A stretch of DNA of 64,000 bases. Source: an uncultured Eubacteriales bacterium. Lineage in GTDB: Bacteria; Bacillota; Clostridia; UBA1381; UMGS1253. A program made the position numbers and the translations under genes. Shown here piece after piece: positions 36,011 through 45,066 of this stretch (position 1 is the first letter of the stretch; each line of letters begins with the position of its first letter). The DNA lies in contig CABUKE010000003.1 of the NCBI GenBank assembly GCA_902492065.1, forward strand, positions 1,942 through 65,941, read 5' to 3'. The notes under the pieces were generated by a model. It was given only the letters and a program-made list of their open reading frames with translations, did not search any database and was not told where the DNA came from.

Positions 36011-36040
36011 GGATAGATTTTCATTTACTGGGGAATATAA
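36011..36040 (+). promoter_or_regulatory. Candidate forespore (sigma-F/G-like) promoter for spoVAD
   Basis: GGATA-15 nt-GGGAATATAA. This is only a partial match to the sigma-F-type consensus as I recall it (GyATA-15-GGnnAnAnTA). Confidence 0.3.
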
Positions 36041-36086
36041 AAACAGCAAAAATCAAACCTGAAATATGGGAAGGAAGGATTGTTTC

Positions 36087-37106
36087 ATGGCACAAAAACG
36101 GCTCGGCAAGGCCACCGTCGCCCTTCAAAACCCACCGTCCATCCTCGCGTCTGCGTCGGTGGCGGGTAAAAAGGAAGGCGAAGGCCCGCTTGCCCGGTAT
36201 TACGATGAGATATTGACCGATGATTTATATGAAGAAAAAACGTGGGAAAAGGCAGAGAGCAAGCTCCAAAAATCCGCAATACAGCGCGCCATTGCAAAGG
36301 CGAATATCCCGACGAGCGCAGTCGACTATGTGTTCGCAGGCGACCTGCTCAACCAGTGCGCCGGCTCTCACTATGCGCTCAAAGACACGCAGATTCCGTT
36401 TTTCGGACTGTATGGTGCATGTTCGACCATGGCAGAGAGCAGCGCGCTCGCAGCTATGGCAATCGACGGCGGCTATGCCGACAAGTGTGTTGCCATCACG
36501 TCGAGCCACTTCTGCTCGAGTGAAAAGCAGTACCGTTTCCCGCTCGAATACGGCGGCCAGCGCCCGCCCACGGCGCAGTGGACTGTGACCGGAAGCGGCG
36601 CACTCGTACTCGGTGCAAAGGAAAATGGCCCCTATATCACCCATGTCACCACGGGCAAAATTGTCGACATGGGCATCAGCGACGCAAACAACATGGGCGC
36701 GGCTATGGCTCCGGCGGCCGTCGATACGATTACGACACACTTTGAGGACACAGGCTTTGACCCGTCGTACTACGATTTGATTGTCACGGGCGACCTCGCT
36801 ACAGTCGGGGCGGACATTGCGTGCGATTTGATTTGCGCGTCGGGCTTTGACGTGAAGAAAAACTACGACGACTGCGGCAAGATGGTCTTTGACATCAAAG
36901 AGCAAGACGTTCACTCCGGCGGAAGCGGATGCGGGTGCAGCGGTATCGTTTTCTGCGGTTATATTTTAGACCAAATCAACCAGGGCAAGCTGAACCGCGT
37001 GCTATTTGTCGGCACGGGCGCACTCATGAGCCCGCTCAATCTGTTACAGGGCGAGAGCATTCCCTGCATCGCCCATGCAATCTCGGTGCAAAGGAGTTTG
37101 AACTGA
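36087..37106 (+). CDS. spoVAD: Stage V sporulation protein AD
   Basis: About 339 aa counted from ATG 36087 (RBS ggaaggaagga). Thiolase-like fold in SpoVAD style (ASASVAGKKEGEGPL...GDLLNQ...GACST). Confidence 0.85.
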   Translation: MAQKRLGKATVALQNPPSILASASVAGKKEGEGPLARYYDEILTDDLYEEKTWEKAESKLQKSAIQRAIAKANIPTSAVDYVFAGDLLNQCAGSHYALKDTQIPFFGLYGACSTMAESSALAAMAIDGGYADKCVAITSSHFCSSEKQYRFPLEYGGQRPPTAQWTVTGSGALVLGAKENGPYITHVTTGKIVDMGISDANNMGAAMAPAAVDTITTHFEDTGFDPSYYDLIVTGDLATVGADIACDLICASGFDVKKNYDDCGKMVFDIKEQDVHSGGSGCGCSGIVFCGYILDQINQGKLNRVLFVGTGALMSPLNLLQGESIPCIAHAISVQRSLN

Positions 37107-37107
37107 T

Positions 37108-37467
37108 ATGTGGATGATGTATTTAAAAGTGTTTCTCGTCGGTGGCGCACTCTGCGCCATTGCCCAGATATTAATTGACAAAACAAAGCTTACGCCGGCG
37201 CGTATCCTCGTACTTTACGTCTGCACCGGCACAGTATTGACAGTGCTTGGATTATACGAACCGCTCGTCAACTTCGCCGGCGCGGGTGCGACCGTGCCGA
37301 TTATGGGCTTCGGCTACACGCTTGGCAAGGGCGTTATCAAGGGCATCACAGAATCCGGTCTGCTCGGCGTGTTCACCGGCGGCGTCACGGCGGCTGCGGC
37401 GGGCATTGCTGCGTCGGTCGTGTTCGGCTATTTGATTGCGCTGATATTCAGCCCGAAAGCAAAATAA
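37108..37467 (+). CDS. spoVAE: SpoVAC/SpoVAEb family sporulation membrane protein (SpoVAEb by position)
   Basis: 119 aa with four TM helices (FLVGGALCAIAQILID...PIMGFGYTL). It begins 2 nt after spoVAD. Confidence 0.8.
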   Translation: MWMMYLKVFLVGGALCAIAQILIDKTKLTPARILVLYVCTGTVLTVLGLYEPLVNFAGAGATVPIMGFGYTLGKGVIKGITESGLLGVFTGGVTAAAAGIAASVVFGYLIALIFSPKAK

Positions 37468-37495
37468 AAGACGCGGCGAGGGCCGCGTCTTTTTC
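37467..37495. terminator. Bidirectional terminator between the spoVA genes and the convergent mrp gene
   Basis: Stem agacgcggc/gccgcgtct with loop gagg, flanked by A-run and T-run. Confidence 0.85.
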
Positions 37496-37507
37496 AATCT
37501 CATATAT

Positions 37508-38323
37508 TTATTTCATCTCTTCGAGCAGTTTTGCCGCCGTATCCATCCAGTCGCCCTCAAACAGTTCAATCATGCCCGCGTCACAGGCCGCTGTCAGCTT
37601 CGGGTCGATTGGCAGCTTCGCCAATACCTGCAAGCTGTGCTCGCCCGCAATCTCGTCGATATGGCTTTCGCCAAAGATGGAATATTTTTTACCATTATCC
37701 GGACATAAGAAGTAGGACATGTTCTCGACCAGACCGAGAATCGGAATGTTCATCATTTCCGCCATACGTACCGCTTTTGTCACAATCATGGATACCAACT
37801 CCTGCGGAGAGGTTACCACAATAATTCCATCCATAGGAATCGACTGGAACACCGTCAGCGGTACATCCCCGGTTCCGGGCGGCATGTCGATAAACATATA
37901 ATCCACATCGCCCCAGATTACGTCCGTCCAGAACTGCTTTACCACGCCGCCAATGACCGGCCCGCGCCAGATAACCGGGTCGGTATCCTTCTCAAGAAGC
38001 AGGTTCAGCGACATAATATCAATCCCGGTCTTGCTCCGTACGGGGAGGATGCCGTTTTCATCCGACATGGCGCGTCCTTTGATTCCAAAACTCTTAGGAA
38101 TGGACGGACCCGTGATATCCGCATCCAGAACTGCCGTCCGGTAGCCGCGCCGCTGCATGGATACTGCAAGCAGCGACGTAACGAGGGATTTCCCGACGCC
38201 GCCTTTACCGCTGACAACGCCGATTACCTTTTTAATCTGGCTCATTTCATGAGGTTTTTCTATAAAGCTCCTGCTTTCGCAGTTTTCTGTGCAGCTCTCG
38301 CACTGATGATTACATTCGCTCAT
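37508..38323 (-). CDS. Mrp/NBP35 family iron-sulfur cluster carrier ATPase
   Basis: 271 aa. Deviant Walker A GKGGVGKS and an N-terminal Cys cluster CNHQCESCTENC. Confidence 0.9.
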   Translation of the reverse strand: MSECNHQCESCTENCESRSFIEKPHEMSQIKKVIGVVSGKGGVGKSLVTSLLAVSMQRRGYRTAVLDADITGPSIPKSFGIKGRAMSDENGILPVRSKTGIDIMSLNLLLEKDTDPVIWRGPVIGGVVKQFWTDVIWGDVDYMFIDMPPGTGDVPLTVFQSIPMDGIIVVTSPQELVSMIVTKAVRMAEMMNIPILGLVENMSYFLCPDNGKKYSIFGESHIDEIAGEHSLQVLAKLPIDPKLTAACDAGMIELFEGDWMDTAAKLLEEMK

Positions 38324-38721
38324 ACTTCTCTCTCCTTTGCCGTATTTTCGGCTGTTTTCTTATTTTGTCCGCAAGCTGTGCCGCACCGCACGCACGCTTC
38401 CACTTCGGCCCCATGCGGCGTACAGCCGCCGCACACCCGGTAGTCGCCGCCGCAGATTTGCAGCCGCTTCCCATTTACGATGCTGTCGGCAAGCTTCCTG
38501 CGTGCAGAGTCGTAAATCTTCTGCACCGTCGTGCGCGCGACCTGCATCTGGCTGGCGCAGTCCTGCTGGGTATAACCCTTCAGGTCAATCAGCCGCACGG
38601 TTTCGTACTCGTCCACCGTCATCATGACTGTTTCTAACCCATCTGGCTGGACAGACTCCGGACAGAAGCACGCCATCGCCGGCAAACCGCACACCTTTCT
38701 GCATTTAATCGGTCTTGGCAC
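38320..38721 (-). CDS. DUF134 family predicted DNA-binding protein with a Cys-rich C-terminal extension
   Basis: N-terminus (GTG)PRPIKCRKVCGLP matches the usual DUF134 start MPRPxKCR. The GTG at 38721 has the RBS GGGAGGGG 6 nt upstream. An HTH-like core is present (TVDEYETVRLIDLKGYTQQDCASQMQVARTTVQKIY). The stop overlaps the mrp ATG (ATGA). Confidence 0.72.
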   Translation of the reverse strand: MPRPIKCRKVCGLPAMACFCPESVQPDGLETVMMTVDEYETVRLIDLKGYTQQDCASQMQVARTTVQKIYDSARRKLADSIVNGKRLQICGGDYRVCGGCTPHGAEVEACVRCGTACGQNKKTAENTAKEREV

Positions 38722-38851
38722 GGCTCTCCCCTCCCTTTCCGCCATTATTTTTTATTATACGCCCATTAATGACATATGTCAATAATATATTAAATATTTC
38801 TTGCATAAACCGACATGGTATGATACAGTAAAGACCAAAAGGAGGAACAAT

Positions 38852-39445
38852 ATGGACATACAAGATGTAAGGGATAAATGGAAGCGGAACAACAAGCTTT
38901 TGTTCACGCGGGAAAGCGCCTGTCTGCAAGAGCTGCTTAGCCTGATTCGCCTACAGAGCCACAAGACGCTGGCACTCTGGGCGCTTACCTGTGTACAGCA
39001 GCCAATTGATAGATTAAAAGAACGCTATCCTACCGATACGCGTCCGGAGACAGCACGCCTCCTCTCTATGCAATGGGCCGCAGGTCAAATCAAAATGCCG
39101 GCCGCGAAACAGGCCATCCTGCAAGTACATGCCATGGCAAAAGAGCTGGACAATCCGCCTGACATTGCCCTGTGTCACGCCGTTGGACAAGCCTGCTCTG
39201 CGGTACATGTGGAAACACACGCAATCGGGCTGCCCATTTATGAGCTGACCGCCCTCGTCCAAGAATATGGGCTCGAAGCATGTGAAGCCGCTCTGGTTAG
39301 AAGAATTGCGCAGTATATTTCCTGTCTGCATACATGTGCAGAGGAAGCAAATTCCCCCACCCTGCAATGGGCCGCGTTTTTAAAGGATGATACACGCCCA
39401 AATAAGGAACAGCTCCTGTGGGAAAAATCGCACAAAATAAAGTAA
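38852..39445 (+). CDS. Hypothetical all-helical protein, possibly Imm5-like 'putative immunity protein' family
   Basis: About 197 aa counted from ATG 38852 (RBS aaaggagga). The pattern LALWALTCVQQPIDRL...RPETARLLSMQWAAGQIKMPAAKQAILQVHAMAKE...CHAVGQACSAVHVETHAIG resembles that family from memory. Not verified. Confidence 0.4.
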   Translation: MDIQDVRDKWKRNNKLLFTRESACLQELLSLIRLQSHKTLALWALTCVQQPIDRLKERYPTDTRPETARLLSMQWAAGQIKMPAAKQAILQVHAMAKELDNPPDIALCHAVGQACSAVHVETHAIGLPIYELTALVQEYGLEACEAALVRRIAQYISCLHTCAEEANSPTLQWAAFLKDDTRPNKEQLLWEKSHKIK

Positions 39446-39480
39446 AAGCTCCTGCCCAATGCAGGAGCTTTCCTAAATTT
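39446..39480. terminator. Terminator hairpin between convergent genes
   Basis: Stem agctcctgc/gcaggagct with loop ccaat. The flanking T-run is weak (ttcctaaatttt). Confidence 0.6.
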
Positions 39481-39489
39481 TAAACCAAA

Positions 39490-41031
39490 TTATCCAGCCG
39501 GATACAGCGAAGCCTTCACCACGCCGAAGGTATGCCGCCCGGAAATTGCAACGTCGATCAAAAGGTCAACTTTATTACTATAGAATTGTTCCACCAACAC
39601 GTCAAACTCCAGCACAGCCTTGTACTGGTACGTATTTTGCAGCGGCATAGAGAAGTGTTTCCCCTGCAAAATCTGTACGCCGTCCGGCGTATAGATTGTA
39701 ATATTCGCCCACTGCTGCTGCCCCGTCAGTCCGCTGTCGCGCAGAATCAGGCGAAGCTTGCGCGGCTCGTTCAGCTTGATATACGGCTCATCCATATAGT
39801 CTAAAACAGCGTAAAACGTCGTAAAGTCAAACCGCACACCATAGGGCGATTGTGCCAAAAGCTCCTCAATACTCAGTTCCTTCGGGTGGCCTAGGCCGTT
39901 GGTCAATGGATGATAGAGGTTCTTGCCTTGATAGAGAAGTTCTTCCCCTGTTTCAAGCACAAACCCGCGGCCGTCGCAGAGGATATCACATGCTTTGTGT
40001 CCCAAAAAGCTCGGAATCAGACGAAGTACACGGTCAGACAATTCCTCAACATTCGTCGGAATCTCAAGCCCATTAAAGGGATGTACACACGCCGAGATTA
40101 TCTTCCCGCCAATCGGGTCAATCCACTCTGTGGGAAGGCCGCTCTCCCCATAGATGATTCCAAAAATCGCGCCAAGCGTCGCCGCAGTACAATCGGTATC
40201 CTCTCCGCAGTTAACCGCCATGCAGAGGCTCTTGCCAAAGTCGTCCTCCCCATACAGCCAGCCAATTACCATAATACCGATATTACTTGGCGCGTCAAAG
40301 CCCGGCGTACCATACTCGTAGTCGTCTTTGATATCTCGGAGCAGTGTATGCTGAACGCCGAAGTTGCCTGGCGTTGCACGCAGAACCGCGTCGCGCGCGT
40401 CCGTAAACGGTTTGCCCGCCTCATAGGCGGCAATAGCCGTATCAACCGCCTTGCGCACGGCGCAGTCCGCCGGAATATAAGATAGCCCAATCTCAATCAG
40501 TTTCCACTTGTCGCTTTCCACAAACGCCGCTGCCTGGATCGCCGCGCAGAAAATCTCTGCATACATGCCCTCGCCCGCGTGGTCAACAATCGCGTCTTCG
40601 TATGCGTAGCGTGCCGCAAGCTCCGGGTGCCCTGCGCACAGGCATGCCCAGATTTCTGACCGGATGTAGCAACCACAGCTATCCTTATAGGAGTTTTCTA
40701 CATGTCCGGAAAGCGGCGGGAGCAAGCCGGCGCGCATGTTCGCCTTTCCGCTTCCATATTCGACCCAGTCCGGTATAATGAACGTCAACCAGTAGTCGCC
40801 CAGAATGGAAGCGTTTACCCCACGGCCAAACTTTTCAACCGCATTGAGCCAAACAAGCTGCAAGTCGAGGTCGTCGTTCGGCGGCAGTCCTTTTTCCAAA
40901 TCCTGCGTATAAAATTTCACATCGTTGATTTGCCGGTACCCCTCAAACGGCGCACCGAGTATTCCGCCTATGTTTTTCCCCTGCCAGCAGCCGCGGATTT
41001 TGTCTGCCAGTGTCTCAAATGAAAGCTGCAT
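39490..41031 (-). CDS. ADP-ribosylglycohydrolase (ARH/DraG) family protein with a C-terminal extension of about 170 aa
   Basis: 513 aa counted from ATG 41031 (RBS aggagg 7 nt upstream). ARH hallmarks GGILGAPFEG, NDDLDLQ and CGEDTDCTAATLGAIFG. The C-terminal third (after about aa 340) has no motif I recognise. Confidence 0.8.
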   Translation of the reverse strand: MQLSFETLADKIRGCWQGKNIGGILGAPFEGYRQINDVKFYTQDLEKGLPPNDDLDLQLVWLNAVEKFGRGVNASILGDYWLTFIIPDWVEYGSGKANMRAGLLPPLSGHVENSYKDSCGCYIRSEIWACLCAGHPELAARYAYEDAIVDHAGEGMYAEIFCAAIQAAAFVESDKWKLIEIGLSYIPADCAVRKAVDTAIAAYEAGKPFTDARDAVLRATPGNFGVQHTLLRDIKDDYEYGTPGFDAPSNIGIMVIGWLYGEDDFGKSLCMAVNCGEDTDCTAATLGAIFGIIYGESGLPTEWIDPIGGKIISACVHPFNGLEIPTNVEELSDRVLRLIPSFLGHKACDILCDGRGFVLETGEELLYQGKNLYHPLTNGLGHPKELSIEELLAQSPYGVRFDFTTFYAVLDYMDEPYIKLNEPRKLRLILRDSGLTGQQQWANITIYTPDGVQILQGKHFSMPLQNTYQYKAVLEFDVLVEQFYSNKVDLLIDVAISGRHTFGVVKASLYPAG

Positions 41032-41126
41032 AAAAAAACCTCCTGTATTTTTGATAGCAACCATATTACTATCAGTATACAAGAGGTTATCCAAGATTAC
41101 AGTAGGCGTTTTTGCCGCCAGTGTGG

Positions 41127-41981
41127 TTATTTTTGCGTTCCCGCCCGAAAGGCTTTTGGCGTTTTGCCGGTCAGTTCCTTAAAATGCTTATAAAATAGCT
41201 TTCGGTCCGAATAACCCACCAGCTCAATCACTTTTTCCACGCTGTAATCCGTTTCACACAGGTACTGCGCCGCCTTCTCAATCCGCTTTTTCCGAATATA
41301 ACCGGACGGCGGCAGGCCGCAGCAAGCCTTAAACACGCGGCAAAAGTAGGACGGCGAATAAAAGCACCGGGCTGCAAGGTCGCTGGGCGTCAATTTTTGG
41401 GCAAGATTTTCCTCAATATATGCCATCAGTGCAGAAAACGGCAGCTCGACACCGCCAACCGGCTCCCGGCACATGGCGCGCAGCGTTTTTGCGAATAAAA
41501 TCTGCAACCCGCCCTGCAAAACAGAGCGGTATCCCGTCCGCTTCTTCTCAAATTCTTCAAGCATCTGCTCCAAAAGCGCCTGTACCTCCAGAAGTTCTGC
41601 CCCACGGAAGGAAACGCGCCGCGCTGTGCTTTCCACCGAACCATCGTAATCGCTGAAAGCAGACAGGGTAAACACATCAAATATGGTGTCCGTGTCCATC
41701 AGCTTTTCGCTGATAAAGGACGGCTTGAGCAAAATATTTAAGTAGGTAAGCGCATGGATGTGGCAGAAGGAATGCGGCTGTCCTACGTCAATAAACAGCA
41801 GGTCGCCGCGTTCCACCTCGTACGCGTTCTCTCCGATATACTGCGTTGCGCTGCCGTCACAGATATACACCATCTCTACAAACTCATGCGTATGCGGCGG
41901 TTCGTCCGTGACCGCACGACACTTCTGGATACTGATGTTCTCGTGCGGATCCAAAAAGTCCGCCTCCCGGTATATACGCAT
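41127..41981 (-). CDS. AraC family transcriptional regulator (cupin + HTH)
   Basis: About 284 aa counted from ATG 41981. Cupin region (PHTHEFVEMVYICDGSATQYI) and C-terminal AraC HTH (LTPSDLAARCFYSPSYFCRVFK). Confidence 0.86.
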   Translation of the reverse strand: MRIYREADFLDPHENISIQKCRAVTDEPPHTHEFVEMVYICDGSATQYIGENAYEVERGDLLFIDVGQPHSFCHIHALTYLNILLKPSFISEKLMDTDTIFDVFTLSAFSDYDGSVESTARRVSFRGAELLEVQALLEQMLEEFEKKRTGYRSVLQGGLQILFAKTLRAMCREPVGGVELPFSALMAYIEENLAQKLTPSDLAARCFYSPSYFCRVFKACCGLPPSGYIRKKRIEKAAQYLCETDYSVEKVIELVGYSDRKLFYKHFKELTGKTPKAFRAGTQK

Positions 41982-42056
41982 TCTACCACACCCTTCCATT
42001 ACAGATAGGCCAAACAAGGCCGCCCGTGTTTACATACGGGCGGCCTTGCTGAAATT

Positions 42057-43847
42057 TTACTCTTCCTTATCTTTTTCTTTCTGCTTTTTGGTAATATTGT
42101 ACTTTTCGAGATATTCCCGATATATCAGCTTGTACTCGTTTGTTTTATTCATATGCAAATCCTTCATGTACAAGTGCTGGTCGTAACCAACTACCTGCGG
42201 ATTGGCAAGCTGCTCAACCGCAAGGCCGATATTCGAGCAGTGATCCGCAATCCGTTCCAAATTGTTGATAACATCCAAAAACAGTACGCCAGACTTAAAG
42301 TTACACTTCTGCTTGGTCAGACGGTTGACGTGGCGCATTTTATAGGTTTCCTTCATCAAGTCAATCACATCCTCACACGGCTGAATCCGCTTTGCCGCAT
42401 CGAGGTCGCGGAACTCATACGCCTGCACCGCAAGCCCAACAATTTCCCGCGTTGCCCGCGCCATTGTGTCCAGCTCGGAAAGGGCTTTTTTCGATGTTTC
42501 AATATCCTCTTTTACCGCAGACTCGACCCCTTCAGCAATATTATACGCATGGTCGCCGATACGCTCCAAGTCCGTAATGATATGGAACATCATGGAAACA
42601 TTTTCATTTTCTTCTTCCGTAAGCGGCTCGTCTGCAATCTTGACCAGATATTGTGTTGTATTAGCCTCCATTTCGTCTATGGCAAGCTCATTGTCATCGA
42701 CCTCGTTCATGTTAAGCGCCTTTTGTTTTTCCAGCATATCAAGTGACATTCCCACGCTTTCCTGTGCCAAATGTGCCATGCCAACAACCTGCTTAACCGC
42801 CTGTCCAATGGCAAGCGCAGGAGTCGCAAGCAAGCGTTCGTCCAGTGCATTGTAGCCCATACGTGTTTCCTTCCCCGGCACAATGAGGTGTGCGCATTTT
42901 ACGAGGAAGTTTGAGAATGGCAACAGGAGCAAAGTATTAGAAATATTGAATATCAGATGGAATATCGCGATGTTAAGCCGGCTCGTCTGCTCGTTCCAGA
43001 ACGGTAAATACGTCGCCACCGGAAACGCATAAATCAAAATCAGGAACAACAATGTGCCAATCACATTGAACAACAAGTGAATCACAGCCGCGCGCTTTGC
43101 ATTTTTATTGGCTCCAACGCTTGATAGAATTGCCGTAATACAAGTACCAATATTCTGCCCCAAAATTACGGGAACAACCGAAGAAAACGGCAGAACCATC
43201 GTTCCGGCCAATGTCTGCAAAATTCCGACAGAAGCGGACGAACTCTGAATAATGGCAGTCACGCCCGCGCCAACGAGTACACCAAGCAACGGATTGCTAA
43301 ACGACAACAATACCTGCTGGAACTCCGGGTTGTCCTTTAGAAAAGACATGGACGTTTCCATCATACCGAGTCCGACAAACAAAAAGCCAAACCCTGCAAA
43401 AATCATGCCGAGGTTTTGGTACTTCTTTTTATTGATAAACAAAATAAAGAATACGCCGACTGCCGCAAGAATCGGAGCCCAGAAAGACGGCTTTAAAAGC
43501 TCCATATAAACGGTAGCGGAGGAATTAATATCCTCCAGACTGATAATAAACGAGGTAATCGTCGTACCGATATTGGCCCCCATGATTACGCCGACCGCCT
43601 GGCCCAGCTTCATGATACCGGCATTGATAAAGCCAATTACCATAACCGTGGTAGCAGACGAACTCTGGATCAAGGCTGTTACTGCCGTACCAATCAGCAC
43701 GCCCTTGATTTTGTTGCTTGTGAAGCTGTCAATGATTTTGCTGAGCCGGTCGCCGGCGAACTTTTCCAGCCCGTCGCCCATTACCTTCATGCCGTACATG
43801 AAGAACGCAAGCCCCGCCAGCAGCGAAATAATCCATTCAAACTGCAT
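42057..43847 (-). CDS. Na/Pi cotransporter family protein with C-terminal PhoU-like domains
   Basis: 596 aa. N-terminal polytopic NptA-type repeats (QSSSATTVM...; QSSSASVGIL) and a C-terminal helical PhoU-like region. Confidence 0.88.
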   Translation of the reverse strand: MQFEWIISLLAGLAFFMYGMKVMGDGLEKFAGDRLSKIIDSFTSNKIKGVLIGTAVTALIQSSSATTVMVIGFINAGIMKLGQAVGVIMGANIGTTITSFIISLEDINSSATVYMELLKPSFWAPILAAVGVFFILFINKKKYQNLGMIFAGFGFLFVGLGMMETSMSFLKDNPEFQQVLLSFSNPLLGVLVGAGVTAIIQSSSASVGILQTLAGTMVLPFSSVVPVILGQNIGTCITAILSSVGANKNAKRAAVIHLLFNVIGTLLFLILIYAFPVATYLPFWNEQTSRLNIAIFHLIFNISNTLLLLPFSNFLVKCAHLIVPGKETRMGYNALDERLLATPALAIGQAVKQVVGMAHLAQESVGMSLDMLEKQKALNMNEVDDNELAIDEMEANTTQYLVKIADEPLTEEENENVSMMFHIITDLERIGDHAYNIAEGVESAVKEDIETSKKALSELDTMARATREIVGLAVQAYEFRDLDAAKRIQPCEDVIDLMKETYKMRHVNRLTKQKCNFKSGVLFLDVINNLERIADHCSNIGLAVEQLANPQVVGYDQHLYMKDLHMNKTNEYKLIYREYLEKYNITKKQKEKDKEE

Positions 43848-43889
43848 AAATCTACCTCACCTATCTTGTAATATTTTTCCCCGTAATGA

Positions 43890-44528
43890 TTAGTATCCCA
43901 AATTTTCCGGAACCAGAATCACCGTAATTCTACCCGGCCACTTGTAACAGTTGTGGATAATGCTCGTGATATTACAAATCCGCTGCTGACACGTACAGTC
44001 ATGACATTTGCCGTCCTCTGTACACGGCGTTGGATGATTAATGCGCTTTGCGTTAAGCGGCGCAACCTCCTTTGCGCGGATAATACCTGCGTTGATATCG
44101 CGCACGACCTTGTTTGTGCCGGCAATCACAATGACATTTTTCGGACCGAAGGCCATAGCCGCAACGCGGTTACCCGTGCAGTCGATATTGACCAGTTCAC
44201 CGTTTTTTGTAATTGCGTTTGTGCTCGTTACAAAATAGTCTGCGCTCAGCCCCTCGCGGTATTTGTCACACATTGCCTCAAAATTTGGCTGGTTGTAGCG
44301 GTCTATGTATTTATACGCCCCATTTTGAATATCAGAGAGTACGTTCGTTTCGTTAAGTGTCACGCTCCCGCCAACCGCCACGCTCGCCCCTTCCGGAATC
44401 AGCGACGCAATTACTGCGCGTACAGCCTCGACATTTTCCACGTAAATCGCGTTGTAACCTTTTTTCTTTAATACGCCAATCATTTCTTTTGCGACACACT
44501 CCCGGTGCCAGCGTTTGATTGCTTCCAT
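43890..44528 (-). CDS. LUD domain (lactate utilisation protein / DUF162) family protein
   Basis: 212 aa counted from ATG 44528 (RBS taggaggt). Sequence MEAIKRWHRECVAKEMIGVLKKKGYNAIYVEN...VAVGGSVTLNE..., with a C-terminal Cys pair (CHDCTC). Confidence 0.75.
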   Translation of the reverse strand: MEAIKRWHRECVAKEMIGVLKKKGYNAIYVENVEAVRAVIASLIPEGASVAVGGSVTLNETNVLSDIQNGAYKYIDRYNQPNFEAMCDKYREGLSADYFVTSTNAITKNGELVNIDCTGNRVAAMAFGPKNVIVIAGTNKVVRDINAGIIRAKEVAPLNAKRINHPTPCTEDGKCHDCTCQQRICNITSIIHNCYKWPGRITVILVPENLGY

Positions 44529-44660
44529 TTTCAGACCTCCTACCCAAATTCTATATTTTTCCTGCGCGTAAATAATATGAAAAAGCTGCGTTGCGGCTTT
44601 GCTGCATGAAAACACCACCCGAAAGCTGCTTTTTCCATCGCAAACCTATGGTTTGCGTAT

Positions 44661-45047
44661 TTATACCAATGGCTCCGGCCGCACAATCAGATGGCATACA
44701 TTTCCATCTATATCACGGAAGAAAAACGTCTTGATTCCCTTCGGCGAAACAGAAACGTCCGTCACAACCTCCGCGCCCGCTGCCTTGAGCTTGTCCACCA
44801 TCGGCTCAAACTTGCTGTCATCAATGGAAAACGCAAGGTGACGGATGCCTGCCGTCATATGGTTTTTCTTTTCCTCACCAATCTCCGTCATTACAAACTC
44901 AATCATGTCCCCGCTCTCAAACGCCAGAAAATACGTCCCCTTGCCGTTGTCGTAAACGGTTTTTAAGTCGAACATATCTTTGTACCAGTCACTCAGTCTT
45001 TTCGTGTCCTGTGACAGAATCGCCACATGCTCAATGCCCTTTACCAT
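44661..45047 (-). CDS. VOC (glyoxalase/bleomycin resistance/dioxygenase) family protein
   Basis: 128 aa counted from ATG 45047. MVKGIEHVAILSQD...GIRHLAFSIDD...FFRDIDGNVCHL is typical of the VOC family. Confidence 0.8.
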   Translation of the reverse strand: MVKGIEHVAILSQDTKRLSDWYKDMFDLKTVYDNGKGTYFLAFESGDMIEFVMTEIGEEKKNHMTAGIRHLAFSIDDSKFEPMVDKLKAAGAEVVTDVSVSPKGIKTFFFRDIDGNVCHLIVRPEPLV

Positions 45048-45066
45048 AACAAAAAAGCCTCCCCTA

